NCBI GenBank assembly: GCA_965222575.1
Contig: OZ244958.1
Coordinates: 672,001 to 736,000 of the forward strand
Origin: Alphaproteobacteria bacterium
GTDB lineage: Bacteria > Pseudomonadota > Alphaproteobacteria > G965222575
Reading direction: 5' to 3'
DNA: 64,000 nt
A program made the position numbers and the translations under genes. The notes under the pieces are model-generated. The model saw only the letters and a program-made list of their open reading frames with translations. It did not search any database and had not been told where the DNA came from. Shown piece by piece: positions 1-7,539 of the stretch; positions within the stretch are counted from its first letter, which is position 1, and every line of letters starts with the position of its first letter.

Positions 1-243
1 TGTGCTGGGGGAGAGAGGAAGGTCTAATTGTGCGATTCTCTCCTGCGGAAGGGCTAGGCAAATAAGACCACGACCGAAACGGGCCATGAAGGCAATGTCC
101 TTTGGCGTGACCTTTTGGGCTGAGACGATTAAATCTCCTTCGTTTTCGCGGTTTTCATCGTCTACCACAATAATCATCTCCCCCTTAGATAGCGCTTTGA
201 TGAGGTCTTGCGTTGAAGAAATGGGGGCAAGAGGAGCGTTCAT
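1..243 (-). CDS. ribB: 3,4-dihydroxy-2-butanone-4-phosphate synthase (RibB or RibBA), runs off the window edge
   Basis: Not in the ORF track. Manual translation from ATG 243 gives MNAPLAPISSTQDLIKALSKGEMIIVVDDENRENEGDLIVSAQK...FMARFGRGLICL, with the DDEnRENEGDL signature. The ATG overlaps the riboflavin synthase stop (ATGA). Confidence 0.92.
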   Translation of the reverse strand, partial: MNAPLAPISSTQDLIKALSKGEMIIVVDDENRENEGDLIVSAQKVTPKDIAFMARFGRGLICLALPQERIAQLDLPLSPST

Positions 244-857
244 GTTTTTAGGGATTTTATCATGGCGTGTGCGTATTTTGCTAACATATCCACTTCTAGG
301 TTGACCCAATCATTTTCTTTTAAGTACTGCCAAGATGTTTCCTTGAGTGTATAGTTAATCAGGCTGACTGAAAAGCATTTTTCCTGTACATCCACTATTG
401 TCAATGACACCCCATCGAGACAGATTGACCCTTTAGGGACTAGGAATTGTGCTGTTTTCGCATCTGTTTTGAGGGTGATGAGGCGTTGAGTAGGGGTGTG
501 GGAGAGTGCGGTAATGAGTGCTGTGGACTCCACATGTCCATAGACCAAATGTCCGCCTATGAAATCAGACCATCGGGCTGCTCTTTCGAGATTCACGGCG
601 CGTCCCTTTTGCCATTGCCCCCCTGTGGTAGAGGCAATAGTTGTTGTACAAAGCTCACAGAGGAATCCCCAAGCGCTCAGTTGTTGCACCGTGAGACAAA
701 TCCCATTGCAACAAATGGATTCTCCTGTTGCTAAAGGGGTGTTGTCCGTTGAAGACAGCAGTTGACGGGTGTACCCCATGGTGATTCTTTTACCGCCTCC
801 CTCAAGGGGGTGTACGTCCTTGACCTGACCGATATCTTGTACTAAGCCACTAAACAT
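240..857 (-). CDS. ribE: Riboflavin synthase alpha chain
   Basis: Canonical MFSGLV N-terminus (ATG at 857), SICCNGICLT, VNLERA, GGHLVYGHV, KGSICLDGVSLT, VNLEVD. Confidence 0.95.
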   Translation of the reverse strand: MFSGLVQDIGQVKDVHPLEGGGKRITMGYTRQLLSSTDNTPLATGESICCNGICLTVQQLSAWGFLCELCTTTIASTTGGQWQKGRAVNLERAARWSDFIGGHLVYGHVESTALITALSHTPTQRLITLKTDAKTAQFLVPKGSICLDGVSLTIVDVQEKCFSVSLINYTLKETSWQYLKENDWVNLEVDMLAKYAHAMIKSLKT

Positions 858-1956
858 GGGACGAGTGTCTTTCATATACAGACACGTAATCCTTTTCACT
901 GAGGCGGCGCACTTTCTTTAAGGAGAATTGCGGACGTTCATGGAGGGCTATCAAGCCTAAAGAGGCTACGGCATTTCGCCCCTCAGCTCCTAGCACAGAG
1001 CTATTATGCACCCAAATTAGGGTATCGACCAAATCCGCTTTGATGAAACTTGCTACGACTTCTCCGCCTCCCTCGCACAAAAGAGTACTGACACCTTTCC
1101 CCCCAAGATACTGAAGTGCTTCCATAAGAGAGAGTTTCCCTGCTTCAAGGTCTATGGGGATGGGAGTGACTCCCCGTGCTTCTAGGGCTTTTCGTTTGGA
1201 GGCTTGGGCTTTGTGAAAAAAGATGTAGACAGGAGCGGTTTGAGAGGCGGACTTGACAAGTTTGCAATCCAAAGAGAGGGCGAGAGTAGCATCTAGGGCT
1301 GCTCTTATCAAGGGATAATGTTTGCCTTTTTGTAGCCGACAGGTCAACAGGGGGTTGTCAATTTTCAGTGTTTTTGTGCCTATTAAGATACAATCGTGGC
1401 GTTGTCTTAGTTCATGGACATAAGTGAGGGAGGCAGGGGTGGAAATCCACTGACTATTGCCTTGATAGTCGGCGATTTTTCCATCTATTGTGGAGGCTAG
1501 CTTTAAGGTGACTTGTGGTCGTCCTGTTGTATGGAGATGAGTGAAAGGAGCATAGAGTTTTTGGGCTTTTTTCTCTAGGATGCCCTGAGTGACCTCAAGG
1601 GGGTTTAAGCTGGTAGTAGCTCTTATGGGTAGGGTGATGTCTTCTGTTGCAAAGACCACGCGTTTGATACCGCTTGAGAGGATTTTATCGGTACAAGGAG
1701 GGTGTTTTCCCCAATGGGTACAGGGTTCTAGCGTAACATATAAGACAGCGCCGTGTGCATGAGAAGCGGCTTTTTGTAGGGCAACGGCTTCTGCATGATT
1801 GCCACCGCTTGGTTGTGTGGTGCCGGTGGCAATAATTTTTCCCTCTTTGACAATGACGCATCCTACCGGTGGAGAGGGATAGGAAGAGCCGTTAATTTTT
1901 TGAGCTAATCCTAGAGCTTTGGACATAAAAACCGCATCCTGTTGCATAGGAATCAA
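850..1956 (-). CDS. ribD: Bifunctional diaminohydroxyphosphoribosylaminopyrimidine deaminase/reductase
   Basis: HAEAVAL, VTLEPCTHWGKHPPC zinc motif, LKLASTIDGKIA, CEGGG. Confidence 0.95.
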   Translation of the reverse strand: MIPMQQDAVFMSKALGLAQKINGSSYPSPPVGCVIVKEGKIIATGTTQPSGGNHAEAVALQKAASHAHGAVLYVTLEPCTHWGKHPPCTDKILSSGIKRVVFATEDITLPIRATTSLNPLEVTQGILEKKAQKLYAPFTHLHTTGRPQVTLKLASTIDGKIADYQGNSQWISTPASLTYVHELRQRHDCILIGTKTLKIDNPLLTCRLQKGKHYPLIRAALDATLALSLDCKLVKSASQTAPVYIFFHKAQASKRKALEARGVTPIPIDLEAGKLSLMEALQYLGGKGVSTLLCEGGGEVVASFIKADLVDTLIWVHNSSVLGAEGRNAVASLGLIALHERPQFSLKKVRRLSEKDYVSVYERHSSHV

Positions 1957-3212
1957 TCAGGATACACAGGATATGCCCGGCATAAGTTGCTGGCTGTTTT
2001 TGAAAACTGCGCGAGGTTTTTCTCGAATTCTTTGGTTTTTAGACTATCTAAGATATCTGCTATGAGCAGACCAATGGTTTTGAAATCTTGAGCTGTGAGG
2101 CCTCTTGAGACTGAAGCGGCTGTTCCGAGTCTTATGCCGGAGGCTATTTGAGGGGGGTGCGGGTCAAAAGGAATGGCATTTTTATTACAAGTGAGGTGGG
2201 CTTTCCATAGGGCATTTTCCGCTTCTTTGCCTGTGAGATGATGGGGTTGAAGGTCTAAGAGTAGCAGGTGGCAAACAGTGCCGCCGCTTACTGTGTCATA
2301 CCCCCTTTGGGCAAGAGTTTCAGATAAACATTGGGCGCTTTTTATGACCTCTTGGGCATAGGTTTTGAAGGCTTCTGAGGCGGCTTCCTGAAAGCAAACA
2401 GCCTTTGCTGCAATGATATGCATAAGCGGTCCTCCTTGAAGGCCGGGGAAGAGGGCGGCATTAATTTTTTTCATGACCTCTTGGTTGTTGCTTAAGATGA
2501 ACCCTCCTCTTGGTCCTCTGAGCGTCTTGTGTGTGGTGGAGGTGACAATGTCTGCCCAAGGGAGGGGCGAGGGGTAGTAATTGGTAGCGATAAGGCCAGC
2601 ATAATGAGCGATATCGGCTAAAAGATAGGCACCTACTTCCCGAGAGATAGTAGAGAAGGCTTCAAAGTCTATCACTTGAGAGTAAGCAGATGCACCACAG
2701 ATAATAAGCTTAGGGCGGTGGGTTTTGGCTAGAGAGCGGACTTGGTCATAGTCTATAAGACCTGTTTCCTTGACAACGCCGTAAGAAAAGGACTGAAACC
2801 ACTTGCCCGATAGATTGACTTTGAACCCATGAGACAGGTGACCGCCAGCTGATAAATCCATGCCTAGAATGGTGTCATAAGGCTTTAGAAGACCTAAGAG
2901 TATGGCTTGATTGGCGGAGGAACCGCTGTGGGGTTGTACATTAGCGTAGGCACTCTGAAACAGGGATTTTGCTCTTTCGATAGCGAATGTCTCCACTTCA
3001 TCTACATATTGACACCCCCCGTAATATCTCTTGCCGGGATAGCCTTCGGCATATTTATTGGTCATCACACTGCCTTGGGCTTCTAAGACGGCACGACTCA
3101 CAAGATTTTCCGATGCAATGAGTTCTATTTCGTCATTCAACCGTTTCTTCTCTTTCGCAATGGAAGAGAAGACGGCTTTATCTGTTGTGGCAAGAGGGCT
3201 TAACAACGACAT
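1953..3212 (-). CDS. glyA: Serine hydroxymethyltransferase
   Basis: ELIASEN, NKYAEGYPGKRYYGG, TTHKTLRGPRGG PLP lysine motif, SGIRLGT. Confidence 0.98.
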   Translation of the reverse strand: MSLLSPLATTDKAVFSSIAKEKKRLNDEIELIASENLVSRAVLEAQGSVMTNKYAEGYPGKRYYGGCQYVDEVETFAIERAKSLFQSAYANVQPHSGSSANQAILLGLLKPYDTILGMDLSAGGHLSHGFKVNLSGKWFQSFSYGVVKETGLIDYDQVRSLAKTHRPKLIICGASAYSQVIDFEAFSTISREVGAYLLADIAHYAGLIATNYYPSPLPWADIVTSTTHKTLRGPRGGFILSNNQEVMKKINAALFPGLQGGPLMHIIAAKAVCFQEAASEAFKTYAQEVIKSAQCLSETLAQRGYDTVSGGTVCHLLLLDLQPHHLTGKEAENALWKAHLTCNKNAIPFDPHPPQIASGIRLGTAASVSRGLTAQDFKTIGLLIADILDSLKTKEFEKNLAQFSKTASNLCRAYPVYPD

Positions 3213-3443
3213 AGGGGGGACTTGTTCGAAATGGAAGAGAAGATGGCTTTATCGGGTTGTGGCAAGAGGGCTTAACAACGACATAGGGGGGGACTTGTTC
3301 GAAATGGAAGAGAAGACGGCTTTATCGGGTTGTGGCAAGAGGGCTTAACAACGACATAGGGGGGGACTTGTTCGAAATGGAAGAGAAGACGGCTTTATCG
3401 GGTTGTGGCAAGAGGGCTTAACAACGACATAGGGGGACTTGTT
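3159..3443. repeat. Four tandem copies (71-73 bp period) of the glyA start region
   Basis: The unit aatggaagagaagacggctttatc(t/gg)gttgtggcaagagggcttaacaacgacata(G5-7)acttgtt starts at 3159, 3230, 3303 and 3376. The first copy is the true glyA 5' end. Confidence 0.95.
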
Positions 3444-3889
3444 TAGGGGGAAAGTGAATCAATGAGGGATAGTCTTTTACTGTGTCGTTCTCCTTGGAAG
3501 GGTGTGTTGAAAAAGGTGAGGGCGATGTTGCGTGCTTGAGAAGAGGAGATAAATTTTGCCCCTAGTGTGAGGATGTTGGCGTTGTTGTGTTGTCTGCTAA
3601 GACGCGCAGTCTCTTCTGTCCAGCAACAAACAGCCCGAATCCCCTTATGGCGATTAGCACAAATTGCCATTCCCTGCCCGGAGCCGCAAATCAACAGCCC
3701 ACTTTCTGCTGCCCCTTGCTTCATAGCCTTCACTGCTTCATGGGCAAAGAGGGGATAATCCACTGGCTCTGTTTCTTTTTTGTTGCCGACATCCAGCAGC
3801 TGCCAATGTGGAGATAAGGCTTCTTTTAAGGCTTCTTTCAGAGCGAATCCGCGATGGTCGGAGGCGAGAACAAGGGTTTTGAAAATCAT
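3443..3889 (-). CDS. rpiB: Ribose-5-phosphate isomerase B
   Basis: ASDHRG, VDYP, LICGSGQGMAICANRHKGIRA, RQHNNANIL, GERHSKR. Confidence 0.95.
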   Translation of the reverse strand: MIFKTLVLASDHRGFALKEALKEALSPHWQLLDVGNKKETEPVDYPLFAHEAVKAMKQGAAESGLLICGSGQGMAICANRHKGIRAVCCWTEETARLSRQHNNANILTLGAKFISSSQARNIALTFFNTPFQGERHSKRLSLIDSLSP

Positions 3890-4007
3890 GCCAATGCTTC
3901 TGTCATAGACTCCATAGAGTATACCTTTGTGTCATTCTAATTGTCCAGTGTTGTCTCTTAAGCAGTCGCCTTTCCTCTCTCTTTGGTTATTGGGGCGTGA
4001 GGATTTT

Positions 4008-4036
4008 TTGACAAGAAAGGGAAAATCAGATATAGT
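4008..4036 (+). promoter_or_regulatory. Sigma70-type promoter of the ocd-arginase-gcvTHP operon
   Basis: TTGACA (4008-4013), 17-nt spacer, TATAGT (4031-4036), 75 nt upstream of the ATG. Confidence 0.7.
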
Positions 4037-4111
4037 TTTGTTTTTCAAAATGACCAGTTCACCCAATTGTATCTTAAGGCTACAAAATAAGGGCGGGGGA
4101 GTTCCCATCTT

Positions 4112-6013
4112 ATGGTTCGGTTTTTAGATGTTCGTGCTTTACAAACACTTGTGCATACCCATGGGTTAGAGGCGTTTATTCAAGATCTGATGAGGCAGCT
4201 TAAAGAAGATTTTAGTCGATGGGAAGCCTTTGAGAAGACGCCGCGGCAGGTTTTCCATGTAGAGGGGGGGGTCTTAGAGTTGATGCCGGTATGTGATGAG
4301 CAGTATCATTCTTTTAAGTATGTAAATGGTCACCCTAAGAATATGGAGGAGGGGAAATTCACTGTGGTGGCTACGGGTCAATTGTCGCGTGTAAGTGATG
4401 GGTATCCGTTGATGGTGACGGAAATGACGGTGTTAACAGCGCTTAGGACGGCAGCAACAGCGGCCCTAGCCTCTGACCTAATGGCGCGCAAGAATGCTCA
4501 ATGTCTAGGGATTATTGGGACGGGAGCGCAAAGTGAATTTCAGGTGATAGCCCATAAAATTGTACGGAATATTCGTTCTATTCAGTATTTTGATGTGAGT
4601 GAAGAGGCTATGGAGAAGTTTGAGGGGAATATTAGGGGGAATTACGCGGGATATAGGACTGATTTGAAGCGCTGTGAGACGCCTGAGGAAGCGGTTAGGG
4701 GTGCTGATATTGTTGTGATTTGTACAGCCTGCAAAGCCCATGTGACTGTTCTTCAGGATGATTGGGTGGTAGCGGGGCAGCATATCAATGGATTAGGGGG
4801 GGATTGTCCGGGAAAAACGGAACTTGATAAAAAAACGCTTCTGCGCAGTCACTTAGTTGTTGAGTACTTTAAGCAATCTCATATAGAGGGAGAAATTCAG
4901 CATTTTTCGGAACAAGAAGCGCGGCGCCTTGTCCATGGGGAGCTTTATGAACTTGTTCGCGGAGAAAAAGCCGGTCGTCACTCGGAAGAGGACATCACTG
5001 TTTTTGATTCTGTAGGCTTCGCTTTAGAAGACCACAGTGTTTTACGATTAACCTACGACTTAGCGAAACGTTATAATGTTGGGACAAACACAGAGATGAT
5101 TCCGCAGATTGCCGACCCTAAGAATCTCTTTTCTGTTTTGAAAGCGCCCTCTTATACCCCTTTGCCCTGTCGCTATAAGGTCTTAGGGGCGGCGGTTGGG
5201 CATTGCGCTTCTGTACTAGGGTGTCAGGAGGCTTTTAGCACCCTTAAGACTGTCCTGCCTATCAAAGGGGAGAGTATTGTCTTTAAGGGGCAGAAGCGCG
5301 GGCTTGAGGTCTTAGACGATTTCGCCCTTTTCTCTACCGCTTTGAATCAAGCGGTACAAGCGGTACTTGATAGCGGTCATCGCTTTTTGACCATAGGAGG
5401 AGACCATAGTTGTGCTGTTGGCTCTTGGCAGGGGGCTGCTAGGTGGTGGCGGAAGCGCGGGAAAGCCTTAGGACTGATTTGGATAGATGCTCATCTCGAT
5501 GCCCATACCACAGAGACTTCTCCTTCAGGCAATTTCCATGGTATGTCCCTTGCTACGCTTTTAGGATATGGCCCCCCTTCTATTTCTTTATCCCCTAAAG
5601 CCTTGTTACCGCAACATGTCTTTGTTATTGGGGCTAGGGATTATGAACAAGAGGAATATCACTTCTTGCATCGCCAAGGGGTACAGGTTTTTTATATGGA
5701 ACAGGTGAGACGGCAGGGACTGAAACTCTGTCTTGACATTGCCCAAGAGGTTTTTCGTGATTGTGATATTCCTTATGGTATCAGTTTTGATATGGATGCG
5801 TTGGACCCTAAAGAGGGCATAGCGGTTGGTACTCCTGTGGAAAAGGGGCTATCATTAGAAGAGGTCACGGAAAGTTTGAAGAGATTATCGCTCGCTCCTT
5901 TGACGGGCATAGAGTTTGTGGAATATAATCCTTCTTTAGATAAGTTGGGAGTTGGGTTGAAGACTTTTAGCCAACTGGTGGAGATTTTTCTTAAGCAACA
6001 GGTGAGGACATGA
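4112..6013 (+). CDS. Ornithine cyclodeaminase fused to arginase (633 aa)
   Basis: Residues ~1-345 carry OCD motifs KYVNGHPKN, LTALRTAA, GTGAQSEFQ, GGDCPGKTEL, FDSVGFALED. Residues ~350-633 carry arginase motifs GGDHS, DAHLD, SGNFHGM, SFDMDALDP, VEYNP. No internal stop. Confidence 0.9.
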   Translation: MVRFLDVRALQTLVHTHGLEAFIQDLMRQLKEDFSRWEAFEKTPRQVFHVEGGVLELMPVCDEQYHSFKYVNGHPKNMEEGKFTVVATGQLSRVSDGYPLMVTEMTVLTALRTAATAALASDLMARKNAQCLGIIGTGAQSEFQVIAHKIVRNIRSIQYFDVSEEAMEKFEGNIRGNYAGYRTDLKRCETPEEAVRGADIVVICTACKAHVTVLQDDWVVAGQHINGLGGDCPGKTELDKKTLLRSHLVVEYFKQSHIEGEIQHFSEQEARRLVHGELYELVRGEKAGRHSEEDITVFDSVGFALEDHSVLRLTYDLAKRYNVGTNTEMIPQIADPKNLFSVLKAPSYTPLPCRYKVLGAAVGHCASVLGCQEAFSTLKTVLPIKGESIVFKGQKRGLEVLDDFALFSTALNQAVQAVLDSGHRFLTIGGDHSCAVGSWQGAARWWRKRGKALGLIWIDAHLDAHTTETSPSGNFHGMSLATLLGYGPPSISLSPKALLPQHVFVIGARDYEQEEYHFLHRQGVQVFYMEQVRRQGLKLCLDIAQEVFRDCDIPYGISFDMDALDPKEGIAVGTPVEKGLSLEEVTESLKRLSLAPLTGIEFVEYNPSLDKLGVGLKTFSQLVEIFLKQQVRT

Positions 6014-7167
6014 GACGAGTATCCCCTTTAGAGAGTTTACATGTTTCCCGCGGGGGGCGCATGACGGAGTTTGCGGGGTTTCGGTTGCCTTTGTTTTATG
6101 AGAATCAGGGGATTGTAGAAGAGCATAACTGGTGTCGAGGTCATGCGGCTCTTTTTGATGTTTCGCATTTGAGGCAGGTTTGGATACAGGGGCGCGCACA
6201 AGAGGAGGTTGCCACCTTTTTAGAGAGGCTTGTCCCTGGGGACATTTTAGCCCTTCCTCCGGGACGTCAGTGTTACACACAGCTTCTTGATGTAAAGGGA
6301 GGCATTATAGACGATGTGATTATTGGCAAGCCAAAGGAAGAAGGGTATCAGCACAGGCTTTATATGGTAGCCAACGCTTGGCAGGAGGATTGTCCGGTTT
6401 ATGTTCAAGGGTCTTTACCTTTGTCTATGAGTTTGGTTCCTGCTGATAATGTTCTTGTAGCACTACAGGGTCCTGAAGCGGCGTCTGTGTTGCGGGCGGT
6501 GATAAGGGAGAAGGTGGTGACGGGGCTTAAAGAGGAGGAGATACTCTCCATGAAGTTTATGGATTTTCGAGTACCGGGAGAGCAAGTTGTTACCATTGTG
6601 CGGGGGGGGTATACGGGGGAGGATGGTTTTGAGCTATCTTTAGAGGAGTCTGTGGCGGAGGCGGTTGTGGAGGCTTTTGTAGAGAAGGGGGCGAAATTGG
6701 CAGGACTTGGTGCGCGGAATACCTTGCGTCTTGAGGCGGGTTTGTGTTTGTACGGGGCTGATTTGACGCGTTCTAGGACACCTGTGGAAGCGGGGCTTTG
6801 GTGGTCTGTGGGGAAAACGAGACGGTCGTCCCTTACTTGTGCTGGGGGAGAGCACTTACAGAAACAAAGACGCGAGGGAGTCCAACAGAAGCTTGTGGGA
6901 TTGAGAATGCCCTGCCCGCCTCCAGCTAGAGAAGGGGCTTGTATCTTCTCAGAAGATGACCAGAAAATTGGCATTGTTACCTCTGGGGCTTTAAGTCCTA
7001 CTTTGGGCATTCCTGTTGCACTAGCTTATGTGCGTGCCCAGACCAAACTGAAGCAACATGTTCTAGTAGAGGTACGGCATAAAAAATATCCGGCAACAAT
7101 AGTGTCCTTGCCTTTTGTGCCACATCGATATGTTATGGGAAAAACTGTTAGGGAAGGAGGTCTCTGA
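6010..7167 (+). CDS. gcvT: Glycine cleavage system T protein
   Basis: LFDVSH, GGIIDD, ALQGP, GYTGEDGFE, GLGARNTLRLEAG. Confidence 0.95.
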   Translation: MRRVSPLESLHVSRGGRMTEFAGFRLPLFYENQGIVEEHNWCRGHAALFDVSHLRQVWIQGRAQEEVATFLERLVPGDILALPPGRQCYTQLLDVKGGIIDDVIIGKPKEEGYQHRLYMVANAWQEDCPVYVQGSLPLSMSLVPADNVLVALQGPEAASVLRAVIREKVVTGLKEEEILSMKFMDFRVPGEQVVTIVRGGYTGEDGFELSLEESVAEAVVEAFVEKGAKLAGLGARNTLRLEAGLCLYGADLTRSRTPVEAGLWWSVGKTRRSSLTCAGGEHLQKQRREGVQQKLVGLRMPCPPPAREGACIFSEDDQKIGIVTSGALSPTLGIPVALAYVRAQTKLKQHVLVEVRHKKYPATIVSLPFVPHRYVMGKTVREGGL

Positions 7168-7532
7168 TGCTAAGGTTTACAAAAAATCATGAATGGATAC
7201 GGGTTGAGGGGGAAGAGGCTGTGGTGGGTATTACTGAGTATGCACAGCAACAGCTTGGCGATATTGTCTTTGTGGAGTTGCCTTCTGTGGGGCGTTGTAT
7301 TGACACGGGAGAAGAAGCGGCGGTTGTGGAGTCTGTGAAGGCGGCTTCTAGTGTTTATATGCCGGTTAGGGGTGAGATTGTGTCTGTGAATGAAGACCTT
7401 AGTAAGAATCCTCAGAAGGTGAACACGTCTCCTGAAGGAGAGGGCTGGATGTTTAGGATGAAAGTCTCTGATGTTCAAGAGTTGGAAGAGTTGATGGGAG
7501 AAGCCTCTTATCTGGAAAATCATACGCACTAA
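7167..7532 (+). CDS. gcvH: Glycine cleavage system H protein
   Basis: HEWI, VGITEYAQQQLGDIVFVELP, VESVKAAS lipoyl lysine. Confidence 0.97.
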   Translation: MLRFTKNHEWIRVEGEEAVVGITEYAQQQLGDIVFVELPSVGRCIDTGEEAAVVESVKAASSVYMPVRGEIVSVNEDLSKNPQKVNTSPEGEGWMFRMKVSDVQELEELMGEASYLENHTH

Positions 7533-7539
7533 TGTTGAG

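Noticed and set aside
3159-3443. CRISPR array
   Set aside because: The units are contiguous with no unique spacers, derive from the glyA start, and no cas genes are present.
3890-4111. Glycine or FMN riboswitch in the divergent rpiB/ocd spacer
   Set aside because: No recognisable aptamer consensus, and the leader after the predicted promoter is only about 70 nt.
6405-7529. Antisense ORFs of 201 and 119 aa, and many similar shadow ORFs across the window
   Set aside because: They lie entirely opposite well-supported genes and show no motifs; they are expected from codon bias.
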